Position numbers and translations under genes: made by a program. A stretch of 37,979 bases of DNA from Faecalibacterium sp. (GTDB taxonomy: Bacteria; Bacillota; Clostridia; Oscillospirales; Ruminococcaceae). Every line of letters starts with the position of its first letter. The first letter of the stretch is position 1. Location: NCBI GenBank assembly GCA_051882435.1, contig JBJERT010000027.1, forward strand, positions 1 to 37,979, in the 5' to 3' direction. The notes below the pieces were generated by a model, which saw only the letters and a list, made by a program, of their open reading frames with translations, was not told the DNA's origin and did not search any database. Below, in pieces: positions 9,279-19,476 of this stretch.

Positions 9279-9283
9279 GGGGT

Positions 9284-9359
9284 TGGAGCTACTGATCCGA
9301 TTCGAACGGACGACCTGCTCATTACGAGTGAGCTGCTCTACCGGCTGAGCCACAGTAGC
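9284..9359 (-). tRNA. tRNA-Thr(CGT)
   Basis: Reverse complement GCTACTGTGGCTCAGCCGGTAGAGC...CT-CGT-AA...GTTCGAATC...CAGTAGCTCCA, 76 nt with CCA. Confidence 0.95.
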
Positions 9360-9381
9360 AAAGCTGTTTGCAACGTGGGTT

Positions 9382-9410
9382 AGTTTATCATAAAATTTCA
9401 AAACTGTCAA
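9382..9410 (-). promoter_or_regulatory. Sigma-A promoter of tRNA-Thr
   Basis: TTGACA-17 bp-TAAACT with extended TG on the - strand. Confidence 0.7.
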
Positions 9411-9682
9411 GAGCTTGCAGTAAACTTTCCTCGGAAATCGATTTTATAAAACGGACCTCCGATGATATTCTAAAAGAATAAAAAGATCAGGATCGAACCT
9501 GACCATACATGGATATCCCGGGAGGAGCAGAAACGGCTTGAGACTGAGAATGCCTTTGAGCACGGAAAATGGAAAAAGAAAAGGAAAGCAAGAAAACATT
9601 TTATGCATTTTTCACAGTTTTCTAAATGGGGTTTTGGTGGTACAATAGAGATGTCAGAAAGGGATTGCTCAGGAGGGTGTAA

Positions 9683-10651
<969 letters not shown>

Positions 10652-10704
10652 CAGTCCGCCCCTCATGCTGGGCAGATACCGGAAAAAGAAAGGAGTGGGC
10701 AGTT

Positions 10705-11205
10705 ATGTCCAACAAAGTTTTGATCACAAATTCCCAAAAAGCGGTCAAGGTCCCATCCGGCCTCCGTATCCTGATCCGCCGTGCCTGCAATGCTGTGCTG
10801 GAATATGAGCATTTCAAGACACCGGCGGAGATCAGCGTGACCTTTGTGGACAATGCCGCGATTGCGGAGCTGAATAATCAGTACCGCAACAAGCCGATGC
10901 CTACGGATGTTCTCAGCTTTCCTCTGGGCGCGGACGGGAAATATGATACAGACCCGAATAATGGCTGCAAAATGCTGGGTGATATCGTCATCAGCATGGA
11001 GCGTGCACAGGAGCAGGCAAACCTCTATGGTCATCCTCTCCAGCGTGAGGTCGCATTCCTGACGGTCCATTCGATGCTCCATCTGCTGGGCTATGACCAT
11101 GAGAACGGCGGTCTGGAAGCGATGCGGATGCGCGAAAAGGAAGAAGCGGTCCTGACCCAGCTCGGCCTGCCCCGTTCGGTGAGCTACACGGTGAGCAACG
11201 ATTGA
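10705..11205 (+). CDS. ybeY: rRNA maturation endoribonuclease YbeY
   Basis: PTDVLSF, LGDIVIS, HSMLHLLGYDH zinc motif. Confidence 0.95.
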   Translation: MSNKVLITNSQKAVKVPSGLRILIRRACNAVLEYEHFKTPAEISVTFVDNAAIAELNNQYRNKPMPTDVLSFPLGADGKYDTDPNNGCKMLGDIVISMERAQEQANLYGHPLQREVAFLTVHSMLHLLGYDHENGGLEAMRMREKEEAVLTQLGLPRSVSYTVSND

Positions 11206-11260
11206 TGCGGCGGATGGCCGCAGCGGACCCCGGAGATTGGAAACAGACAGGAGCGAGATT

Positions 11261-12199
11261 TTGAAAAACGAAACACCGACCCCGACTCATTGCGATACCT
11301 CTTCCGTTTTTGTGGCGGTGATCGGCCGTCCGAATGTGGGAAAATCAAGCCTGACGAACCTTTTGGTGGGGGAGAAGGTGGCCATTGTCACTTCCAAACC
11401 CCAGACCACCCGCACCCGGATCACCGGCGTGATCACCCGCGGACCGCTGCAATATGTGCTTTTGGATACCCCTGGCGTCCACAAGGCACGCAACAAGCTG
11501 GGAAAGCGGATGGACAAAACTGCCAGCGACTCGATCGCAGACGTGGATGTTTCCATGATGCTTTTTGAACCGTATGGTGTTCTGAACGAGTCCGAGATGG
11601 TTCTTGTAGAAACGCTGCGCCGCAGCGGCAGCCCGGCCATTGCGGTCATCAATAAGACCGATCTGGTCAAGCAGCCAGCCGATCTGGAGCAGCGCAAGGC
11701 CGAACTGGCCGAGCTGGGCGTATTTGACGCTGTTTATGCGGTCAGCGTGCGAGCCAACGAACACTGCGAGGAGCTGTTCGACATCCTGAGCCGCTATGCT
11801 GTGGAAAGCCCGCACTACTTCGATGATGATGCCTATACCGATCTGCCGGAAAAAGAACTGGTCGCAGAGTTGATCCGGGAAAAGGCACTGCTCTATCTGA
11901 GAGAGGAGATCCCCCACGGCATCGCGGTCGTGGTCGAGCGGTTCAAGGAACGTCCGGGCACGGATCTCGTGGATATCGATGTGAACATCTACTGTGAACG
12001 CGACAGCCACAAAGGCATGGTCATCGGCAAGGGCGGCGCGATGCTGAAAAAAATCGCCAGCGCGGCCCGAACGGATTGCGAAGCATTTTTAGGCTGCCGT
12101 GTCAATCTTCAGTGTTGGGTCAAGGTCAAGCCTGACTGGCGGGACAATGAATTTCTGCTCAACAACTTCGGTTTCAAACAGGATCGTTCCGGTCACTGA
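11261..12199 (+). CDS. era: GTPase Era
   Basis: GRPNVGKS, PQTTR, DTPG, NKTD, KH domain VIGKGG; TTG start chosen from the AGGAG RBS (start uncertain). Confidence 0.95.
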   Translation: MKNETPTPTHCDTSSVFVAVIGRPNVGKSSLTNLLVGEKVAIVTSKPQTTRTRITGVITRGPLQYVLLDTPGVHKARNKLGKRMDKTASDSIADVDVSMMLFEPYGVLNESEMVLVETLRRSGSPAIAVINKTDLVKQPADLEQRKAELAELGVFDAVYAVSVRANEHCEELFDILSRYAVESPHYFDDDAYTDLPEKELVAELIREKALLYLREEIPHGIAVVVERFKERPGTDLVDIDVNIYCERDSHKGMVIGKGGAMLKKIASAARTDCEAFLGCRVNLQCWVKVKPDWRDNEFLLNNFGFKQDRSGH

Positions 12200-12308
12200 G
12201 CACGCACACGGCGGCAGGACAGATTTCCCGGGGATAGCTCTGCCGGAGGGAGCCACACTAACTTTGTAACAGGCGGGCTGAACCGCCGGAAAGAGGTGTT
12301 GTTTCCCA

Positions 12309-12476
12309 ATGGATGCACAGACGAGCTGGCAGGAATTTGCCTGCACCGGGAATATTTACCGATATCTGGATTATAGACAGCAGACGGTCGCACCGTCTAC
12401 TGACACGGCAGGAGACGATACAGCAAATGGAACCCTTTGTGACGTTAGGACTTGTCCTGCGGGAGATCCACTATAA
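12309..12476 (+). CDS. yqzL: YqzL-family small protein (55 aa), absent from the ORF track
   Basis: MDAQTSWQEFACTGNIYRYLDYR... fits the W-x2-F-x2-TG-x-I-x2-YL pattern; GAGGTG RBS; era-yqzL-recO order as in Bacillus. Confidence 0.75.
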   Translation: MDAQTSWQEFACTGNIYRYLDYRQQTVAPSTDTAGDDTANGTLCDVRTCPAGDPL

Positions 12477-13173
12477 GGAGGCGGACCGGATCCTGACGCT
12501 CCTGACGCCAAAGCTGGGTGTGATCTCCGCTTTCGCGCCCAACAGCCTGCGGATGAAAAGCAAGCTGCTCAGCGGCTGCGGGCTTTTTTGTTATTCGGAA
12601 TTCGTTCTGTCCCCGGGGCGCAATATGTATCGTATCTGGGAGGCAGACGTGCAGACGACCTTTTATGGGGTATCTGCCAGCATCGAGGGGCTAAGCCTTT
12701 CGACCTATTTGTCGGAGATCGCTTCCGCGCTCCTGCCCACGGGAGAAGAAGCCGAAAAGGAGCTGCGCCTTCTGCTCAACTGCCTATACATGATCAGTGA
12801 GCAAAAAGCGGATCTCCGGGTCATCAAGGCGGTGTTCGAGCTGCGAACGATGAGCCAGTGCGGTTTTATGCCGCAGATCGTCTGCTGCAAAGGATGCGGC
12901 GCTTACGATGGCTCCGCTTTTTATCTGGACACGCAGGAGGGCATCCTGCTCTGTGAACGCTGTGCGGCGAAAGCGGGAAAAGAGCCGAATCTGGACCCCG
13001 GAGCGCTGTTTGCACTGCGTCATATCTGTCTGGTGGAGGACAAGCGTATCTTTGGTTTCCGCCTTTCCATGGCCAGTCTTTCCCGCCTGGCTCCGGTTGC
13101 AGAGCAGTATGCATTGACGCATTTGGACAAGCTGCCAAAAAGCTATCAATTTTTGAAATCGGTGCTGCCGTAA
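12427..13173 (+). CDS. recO: DNA repair protein RecO
   Basis: GLVLRE..YKEADRILTLLT N-terminus, CxxC...CxxC zinc finger; AGGAG RBS supports ATG at 12427. Confidence 0.92.
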   Translation: MEPFVTLGLVLREIHYKEADRILTLLTPKLGVISAFAPNSLRMKSKLLSGCGLFCYSEFVLSPGRNMYRIWEADVQTTFYGVSASIEGLSLSTYLSEIASALLPTGEEAEKELRLLLNCLYMISEQKADLRVIKAVFELRTMSQCGFMPQIVCCKGCGAYDGSAFYLDTQEGILLCERCAAKAGKEPNLDPGALFALRHICLVEDKRIFGFRLSMASLSRLAPVAEQYALTHLDKLPKSYQFLKSVLP

Positions 13174-13218
13174 TGCCCGGCGGCACCTTTGACTGTAATA
13201 AGGAACAGAATAAAATCT

Positions 13219-15630
13219 ATGGAAATCAGTTATCTCAAAACTCTGGAGCTGGACAAGATCATTGCCCGGGCCGCCGAAGGCTGTGTGTGCAAAGAAGCCC
13301 GAGCACAGCTCCTTTCCCTCACGCCCCAGTGCGACCCCGACGAAGTGCGCTATGCGCTGGAGCAGACGGATGCGATCAACACGTTGCTCATCAAAAACGG
13401 TTCACCGCGCTTTGGCGGGGTAGAGGGTGTGCGCCAGCTTGCTGCGCGGGCCGTCAAGGGCGGTATCCTTTCCATGGGGGAGCTGCTCATGGTTGCAGGG
13501 GCGCTTCGGAATTTTCAGAATCTTGTGAGCTGGTACGGTTCTTCCGAACATGATGCACTTCCCACGGATGACCTGTTTTATGCCCTTGCGCCGCAGCCGG
13601 GCCTTGAACAGGAGATCTCCTCCTGTATTCTCGCCCCCGATACCATGGCCGATACGGCGTCCCACACCCTGAACGACCTGCGCAAGAAGATCCGGGCGAC
13701 AGAGAACAGCATCCGCGACCGGCTGGAGAGCATGGTGCGCAATCTGGACACTTCCAAATATTTGCAGGAAAGTGTCGTGTCCATGCGGAACGGGCGGTAT
13801 GTCGTACCGGTCAAGAGTGAATACCGCGGTGAGATAAGCGGTATCATCCACGATGTTTCGTCCACGGGCGCGACGGTCTTTGTGGAGCCTCAGGCGGTCG
13901 TAGAGGCGAACGCACGCATCCTGCAGTATCGTGCGCAGGAAGCGCAGGAGATCGAACGCATTCTGGAAGCTCTGACCGCTCAGGTGGCTGCGATCGAGCC
14001 GCAGTTCCAGTACAGCTATCAGGCGATGCTGGAGATCGATGTCCTGTTGGCAAAAGCCCGTCTTGCCGTGGAGCAAAAAGCATTCAAGCCTGCCGTGCGC
14101 ACGGATAGTTCGTTTTCCCTGGTGCGCGCACGGCATCCTCTCATTGATCCTAAAAAGTGCGTCCCCGTCAACATCGCTCTGGGCAGCGATTACGATTCCC
14201 TCATCATCACCGGCCCGAACACCGGCGGCAAGACCGTCACTCTCAAAACAGCCGGATTGCTCTGTGCTATGGCACAATGCGGTCTCCTGATCCCGGCGGA
14301 TGAGCGGAGCGAAGTCTGCGTGTTCGAGGAGTTTCTGGTCGATATCGGCGACGAACAGAGCATTGAGCAGAGCCTTTCTACCTTTTCCGGCCATATGAAA
14401 AAGATCACCGGCATTCTGGAGCTGGCCATGCCGCGCACACTGGTCCTGCTGGATGAGCTGGGGGCGGGGACCGACCCTGCCGAGGGTGCTGCGCTGGCAG
14501 TGGCGATCATCGAAGAACTGCGCCGCCGCGGCGTACTGCTGATGGCCACCACCCATTATGCCGAGCTGAAGGTCTTTGCCCTGGAAACAGCGGGCGTCGT
14601 CAATGCGAGCTGTGAGTTCGATTTGGAAACGCTGCGTCCCACATATAAACTGAGTGTCGGTGTCCCGGGCAAATCGAACGCATTTCTCATCAGCGAAAAG
14701 CTCGGCATTCCTCAGCGGGTCATTAAAGCGGCCCAGCAGCATCTTTCCGCCGAGGATAAGCGCCTGGATGCCGTGCTGGGCCAGCTCGATGACCTGAAGC
14801 TCCAACTGAAAGCCAGTCAGGATGAAGTGGAGCGCCTGCGCGACGAAGCGTCGCACCAACTGGAGGCGGCTCGCGCAAAGCGGGACGAGCTGATCCGTCA
14901 GGGCGAGAACGAATTGGAGGCAGCCCGCGCGAAAGCGCGCACCCTGGCGCAGCAGGTCGAAAGTCAGGCCTATGCGCTGTCCGACGAGCTGCGCCAGCTC
15001 CAGAAGGACGAACGCATGAGCGCCCAGCAAAAAGCCCTGCGCGCCCGTGAGATCGCCAAAAAAGAGACGGAAAAACTGCTGGTCGGCACCGACCCGGTGC
15101 ATAATCCCGTCAAGGAATTCACGCCGCTGAAAGAAGTAAGAGTAGGGCAGGAGGTCTGTATCGCGGAGCTTGGGCAGCTCGCCACGGTCCTGGCACTGCC
15201 AGACAAGAATGGGGATGTGCTCGTCCGCGCCGGCATCATCAAGACAAAGGTGCCGCTCAAAAGTCTGAAACAGCCCGAAAAGCTTCAGAAGGAGCCGAAG
15301 CCCCAGACCAAGGCGCAGCAGCGCTATACCCGCCAGACCGGAGACGCCGGAAGGCCGAACGGAAGGGTAGAGCGGGTGCAGCGCACCGCAAAGATGGAGT
15401 GCAACCTGTTAGGTCTGACGGTGGAGGAAGCGCTCTATGAGGTGGACGCATTCCTGGACCGTGCCCTTCTGAACGGGCAGACCGTGATCTACCTGATCCA
15501 TGGCAACGGCACCGGCGCTCTGCGCACAGCGATCCATAAACATCTGCGCGGCCATCGTATGGTCAAGAGCTTTCGCCTGGGACGTTATGGCGAGGGCGAA
15601 AGCGGAGTGACCGTCGTGGAACTGAAGTGA
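13219..15630 (+). CDS. mutS2: Endonuclease MutS2
   Basis: ITGPNTGGKT, DEQSIEQSLSTFS, DELGAGTDP, coiled coil, C-terminal Smr domain (IHGNGTGALR). Confidence 0.95.
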   Translation: MEISYLKTLELDKIIARAAEGCVCKEARAQLLSLTPQCDPDEVRYALEQTDAINTLLIKNGSPRFGGVEGVRQLAARAVKGGILSMGELLMVAGALRNFQNLVSWYGSSEHDALPTDDLFYALAPQPGLEQEISSCILAPDTMADTASHTLNDLRKKIRATENSIRDRLESMVRNLDTSKYLQESVVSMRNGRYVVPVKSEYRGEISGIIHDVSSTGATVFVEPQAVVEANARILQYRAQEAQEIERILEALTAQVAAIEPQFQYSYQAMLEIDVLLAKARLAVEQKAFKPAVRTDSSFSLVRARHPLIDPKKCVPVNIALGSDYDSLIITGPNTGGKTVTLKTAGLLCAMAQCGLLIPADERSEVCVFEEFLVDIGDEQSIEQSLSTFSGHMKKITGILELAMPRTLVLLDELGAGTDPAEGAALAVAIIEELRRRGVLLMATTHYAELKVFALETAGVVNASCEFDLETLRPTYKLSVGVPGKSNAFLISEKLGIPQRVIKAAQQHLSAEDKRLDAVLGQLDDLKLQLKASQDEVERLRDEASHQLEAARAKRDELIRQGENELEAARAKARTLAQQVESQAYALSDELRQLQKDERMSAQQKALRAREIAKKETEKLLVGTDPVHNPVKEFTPLKEVRVGQEVCIAELGQLATVLALPDKNGDVLVRAGIIKTKVPLKSLKQPEKLQKEPKPQTKAQQRYTRQTGDAGRPNGRVERVQRTAKMECNLLGLTVEEALYEVDAFLDRALLNGQTVIYLIHGNGTGALRTAIHKHLRGHRMVKSFRLGRYGEGESGVTVVELK

Positions 15631-15640
15631 AAATTTTCTC

Positions 15641-16498
15641 ATGGCTAAAAATAACGCATGCCGACGCCTCCGACGCGGAGGCAAACACAGCCGCCGTACG
15701 TCTCAATGGTTTCGTCCGGTCCTGCGCTGGGGAGCGCTCCTTGTATGGATCGCTCTGCTGGGGTGGTTCTGTATCTGGGCGCTTGGACTGTTTCCGCAGA
15801 GAACACCGGAAAAACAGGAGCAGCCTGCCCGGGAAGAGTTCCGGCCGGAAGTGGGGGAGCCGCCCTACATCATTGCGGTAGATGCCGGTCACGGCGGCAC
15901 AGATCCCGGAGCGATCGGGATCGTAGAAGAGCGACAGATGACGGCACAGACGGCTGAGGCACTCTGCGCTCTGCTTGAAAAAGACCCCAGTTACATCCCG
16001 GTCCACACCCGCGATAGCTATGATGTGACCGCCAAGCCCAGCGAGCGTGCGGAATACGCAAATCGTCAAACGCCGGATCTGCTGCTTTCTATTCATGGAA
16101 ACTCCGCGCCGGAAGGGTCGGAGGCATCCGGCTTCGAATGCTATCCGGCCGTACCGGGGCGTACCTGGCATCAGGAAAGCTATTTCTTTGCGCAGCTCCT
16201 GGCAGAAGGGATGAGCGCGGCTGGGGCTTCGCTGCGCGGAAGCGGCGGGATCCGATACATTTATTATCTGGAAAACGGCGAAAAGAAAATCGTCGAAACA
16301 AACTATGCCGCGATCCGGGAAGAACGCAGCTTTACGATACTGGAAGACGTAACGTGTCCGGCGGTACTGGCGGAACAATGCTTTGTGACAAATGAATCAG
16401 ATGTCGAGCGGTTTGGTACAGAAGAAGGATGTCAGCGCGCTGCGCAGATCTATTACGAAGCGATTTGCAGGTACTTTGGAACGCAGGCGATTTTGTGA
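15641..16498 (+). CDS. N-acetylmuramoyl-L-alanine amidase (Amidase_3), N-terminally membrane anchored
   Basis: VDAGHGGTDPGA, LSIHGN, PAVLAE motifs; N-terminal TM helix. Confidence 0.9.
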   Translation: MAKNNACRRLRRGGKHSRRTSQWFRPVLRWGALLVWIALLGWFCIWALGLFPQRTPEKQEQPAREEFRPEVGEPPYIIAVDAGHGGTDPGAIGIVEERQMTAQTAEALCALLEKDPSYIPVHTRDSYDVTAKPSERAEYANRQTPDLLLSIHGNSAPEGSEASGFECYPAVPGRTWHQESYFFAQLLAEGMSAAGASLRGSGGIRYIYYLENGEKKIVETNYAAIREERSFTILEDVTCPAVLAEQCFVTNESDVERFGTEEGCQRAAQIYYEAICRYFGTQAIL

Positions 16499-16544
16499 CC
16501 GCAGCAGAAAAATAGAGAAGAAGGGAGGTTTGATTTTCCCATAG

Positions 16545-16580
16545 CTATATTTCGTATAATGCAAGTTATACGAAATATAG
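16545..16580. other. Symmetric tyrosine-recombinase-type site (candidate chromosomal dif; loxP-like)
   Basis: Perfect inverted repeat CTATATTTCGTATA-ATGCAAGT-TATACGAAATATAG; 11-6-11 core ATTTCGTATAA-TGCAAG-TTATACGAAAT; located where gene orientation converges. Confidence 0.65.
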
Positions 16581-16691
16581 GGGAGTGAAAAAACCCTTTT
16601 TCCGTTCCTGAGCCTTCCTGACGGCTCGTTTTCGACCCGTCCGCAGGATTCCTGGATCATGAGCGCTTGAATGAATCAAGAATCAAACATC

Positions 16692-16736
16692 AAACAAAAA
16701 CGTCCCGAGCACGACACCCGGGACGTTTTTGTTTTT
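16692..16736. terminator. Bidirectional terminator between convergent blocks
   Basis: AAACAAAAACGTCCCG / CGGGACGTTTTTGTTT. Confidence 0.8.
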
Positions 16737-16752
16737 ATAATTCAGTTTATTT

Positions 16753-18156
16753 TTACTCTTGTGCCTGCGCAAAAGCACTGAATGCACGATATGCCATGTA
16801 CAGGTCCGTCTTATGGATGACCTCGAACGGAGCATGCATCGACAACACCGGAACGCCCAGATCCAGCACTGGGATCCCACGGTTTGCGACATATTTTGAG
16901 ATGGTACCGCCGCCGCCCAGGTCCAGCCGCCCCAGTTCGCCGATCTGCCATGCGATGCCATGATCATCCAGCATACGAGTGATTTTTCCCACCAGCTCGG
17001 CGTTGGCATCATTGGCGGAGCTCTTGCCGCGGCTTCCGGTATACTTAAAGATCGCGACGCCGCGGCCCGCATAGGTGCCGTTCTGTTTTTCAAAGGCGCT
17101 GGCCCAGGTCGGATCATAGGCTGCGGTGACATCGGCTGACAGGCAAATACTGTTCTGGAACGCCACGATATCATCCACACCAGCCGTACGGCAGAGCTGC
17201 TGCATAAAGTGGAACACATACATGCTCTTCATACCAGTCACACCGTCGGAGCCGATCTCTTCTTTATCGGTCAGAACGCAGATCGTGGTAAAAGCCGGAT
17301 CCTCCGCTTCGATCTGCGCCATCAGAGCCGGATATGCGTCCACACGGTCATCATGGCCGTAGGCGCCCACCATCGAACGGTCAAATCCGACATCTTTCGC
17401 TTTGTGCGCAGGCACCAGTTCGATTTCAGCCCGGGTAAAGTCACGTTCGGTGATTCCATATTTTTCGTTCAGGAGCATCAGAAGATTGAGCTTGACGGCC
17501 TCTTTGATCGCTTCATCCTGCACCGCATCGGAGCCAATGAGCAGATTCATTTCTTCTGCTTGGATGCCCTCGCTCAGCTTTCTGTCATTCTGCTCGGCAC
17601 TCAGATGAGGCAAAAGATCCGTGATGCAAAAGACCGGGTCGCCTTCCTCCTCGCCCACACGGATCGTAACACTGCTGCCATCCGCGCGGGTAAATACTCC
17701 ATGGATCGCCAGCGGGATCGTCGCCCACTGGTATTTGCGTACGCCGCCATAGTAATGGGTCTTGAAATAGCCCAAATGCTCAGACTCATATAAGGGATTC
17801 GGACGCAGGTCCAGCCGAGGACAGTCGATATGAGCGATCGTAAGGCGGAACCCTTCCTCAAAGCTGCGTGTGCCGATGGTCGCGGCGATCAGGGATTTGC
17901 CGAACTGGGTCATGTAGACTCTGTCCCCAGGAGCATAAACCTTTTTGGGGTCAAAAAGCTGATATCCTGCGGCTTTGAGCATTTGTACGCTTTCGGCCGT
18001 CACTTCGCGCTCGGTCTTGCCGGCATCCATGTATTTTTTGTAGCCCTCTGCGAAAGCGGCAGTTCTGGACCTGAGCTCCAGGTCCTTGTCAGCCGCATAA
18101 ACGGGCTGATAAAACAGCTTTTCGGCGAGCTGCTGCGCCGGAGTTTTTTCCTTCAT
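16753..18156 (-). CDS. M18 family aminopeptidase
   Basis: AHIDCPRLDL, YYGG..YQW, HDDR, DKEEIGS, SADV, LSMHAP; AGGAG RBS supports ATG at 18156. Confidence 0.92.
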   Translation of the reverse strand: MKEKTPAQQLAEKLFYQPVYAADKDLELRSRTAAFAEGYKKYMDAGKTEREVTAESVQMLKAAGYQLFDPKKVYAPGDRVYMTQFGKSLIAATIGTRSFEEGFRLTIAHIDCPRLDLRPNPLYESEHLGYFKTHYYGGVRKYQWATIPLAIHGVFTRADGSSVTIRVGEEEGDPVFCITDLLPHLSAEQNDRKLSEGIQAEEMNLLIGSDAVQDEAIKEAVKLNLLMLLNEKYGITERDFTRAEIELVPAHKAKDVGFDRSMVGAYGHDDRVDAYPALMAQIEAEDPAFTTICVLTDKEEIGSDGVTGMKSMYVFHFMQQLCRTAGVDDIVAFQNSICLSADVTAAYDPTWASAFEKQNGTYAGRGVAIFKYTGSRGKSSANDANAELVGKITRMLDDHGIAWQIGELGRLDLGGGGTISKYVANRGIPVLDLGVPVLSMHAPFEVIHKTDLYMAYRAFSAFAQAQE

Positions 18157-18202
18157 GTCTAAAAATTCTCCTGTCTTTCCTATTTCCTGAAATATTTCTA
18201 TT

Positions 18203-18856
18203 TCAAACCACAGCCGACGGCATTTCAGTCGTCGGCCTGGTTCTGGCAAATGAATCTAATGATCCCCAGACAAAGGCCGCAGCTCCCGGCGATGCATCCG
18301 CATAAAGGAGCTGGTAAAATCCATAGCATTCCTCAATCTTCTCGACATAATGGTTCATCTGCGTATATGGGAACCCCTGAAGCGTCTGGCCATCGGCAGA
18401 ATGCTCTTTGCTCTCCAGCAGGGCGTCCACTGTCCCCCATCCACTATGATAAGCCGCGGCAGCGGTAGCCACATCTTCGTGATAGCGGTCGAGACACAGC
18501 CGAAAATAGTAGCATCCAAAACGGATGCTCACCTCCGGCTCATACAGATCATCAAACGTCAAGTCCTCCTGCGGCGCGATCTTGCTGCACAGCCAGCGGA
18601 AGGTTTCCTCTGTCATCTGCATCAGCCCCCGGGCACCCATGCTGGAAGTTGCTTCTGGATCAAAGCCGCTTTCAGTACGGATAACGGAATAGACCAGCAG
18701 TGGGTCCAGCTCATAGACCGCAGACCATCGCTCCACGGGATCTGTGTATTTACAAGGGTAAAGCAGCGTTCCAGCCTTGTGCAGGAGCGGCTGCGTATTG
18801 AGGACCAGCAATGCCAGCACCAGCAAAATGATGCTGCTTTTCAAAAGCTTTTTCAA
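18203..18856 (-). CDS. Lytic transglycosylase (SLT domain)
   Basis: IRTESGF catalytic Glu, GARGLMQ, AAYHSG; N-terminal TM helix; TTG start overlaps coaE stop. Confidence 0.9.
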   Translation of the reverse strand: MKKLLKSSIILLVLALLVLNTQPLLHKAGTLLYPCKYTDPVERWSAVYELDPLLVYSVIRTESGFDPEATSSMGARGLMQMTEETFRWLCSKIAPQEDLTFDDLYEPEVSIRFGCYYFRLCLDRYHEDVATAAAAYHSGWGTVDALLESKEHSADGQTLQGFPYTQMNHYVEKIEECYGFYQLLYADASPGAAAFVWGSLDSFARTRPTTEMPSAVV

Positions 18857-19476
18857 GGGCAGTTCTTTGCTCCCCCTTTCCCTTCTGAGAGAAGCTGTAC
18901 GCACAGCGCGGCAGCGGCCTGCTCCAAAGCCTCCAGTCCTGCGTCATTGCGCAGGAGGTAGTCAGCTTTTGCGGTCAGCACGGCCTCCGGCGTCTGGGCG
19001 TTGAGACGTCGTGCAGCCATTTCCGGCGAGATGCCATCACGTTTTGCAATGCGCTCCACACTGATCTCAAAAGGAGCCGTTACCACCGCAAGACGATCGC
19101 ATTCCGCTTCGGCTTCAGTCCCCACGATGACGGCGCCATCCAGAACGAACAGCGGGCTGCCGACGGCTGCGGCCGCAGCCTTGGCGGCACGAATGCGCCG
19201 TATAATCTCTGGGTGCGTCAACGCATCCAGTGCTCGTTTTCCCTCCGGCGTTGCAAACGCGCGATCTGCCAGCCCCCGGCGATCCAATACACCATCGGCG
19301 TTCAGCAGATCGGTGCCAAAGCATTCGGCGAGCTGCGGCAGCAACGGCGAACCAGGCTGAAGGATCTCCCGCGAGATCTGGTCGGCGTCCGCCAGCGGAA
19401 CGTCTGCCGTCGCAAATACGGCTGTAACGGTCGATTTGCCGCAGCCGCTGCGGCCTGTGATCCCCAGTGTGATCAT
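18853..19476 (-). CDS. coaE: Dephospho-CoA kinase
   Basis: GITGRSGCGKSTV, DAD, LDR..LA..F, THP motifs. Confidence 0.93.
   Translation of the reverse strand: MITLGITGRSGCGKSTVTAVFATADVPLADADQISREILQPGSPLLPQLAECFGTDLLNADGVLDRRGLADRAFATPEGKRALDALTHPEIIRRIRAAKAAAAAVGSPLFVLDGAVIVGTEAEAECDRLAVVTAPFEISVERIAKRDGISPEMAARRLNAQTPEAVLTAKADYLLRNDAGLEALEQAAAALCVQLLSEGKGGAKNCP

Noticed and set aside
11205-11261. Absence of dgkA/cdd between ybeY and era
   Set aside because: This operon is commonly variable in Clostridia; not notable.
12224-12352. 6S-RNA-like long-range pairing (TTCCCGG...CCGGGAA) between era and recO
   Set aside because: The 3' half is better explained by the yqzL reading frame and its RBS; the pairing is patchy and short for 6S.
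16530-16560. TTGATT...TATAAT as a promoter explaining the palindrome
   Set aside because: The spacer is 19 bp and no gene lies downstream on +; TATAAT is simply part of the arm and spacer. A weak ncRNA promoter cannot be fully excluded.
16546-16579. Engineered loxP scar or vector contamination
   Set aside because: Outer arm bases and spacer differ from loxP, the symmetry extends beyond 13 bp, and no vector sequence flanks it.
16669-16700. Short degenerate tandem repeats (GAAT/GAATCAA/CATCAAA)
   Set aside because: Low-complexity and too short; no repeat-spacer periodicity, so not a CRISPR array.
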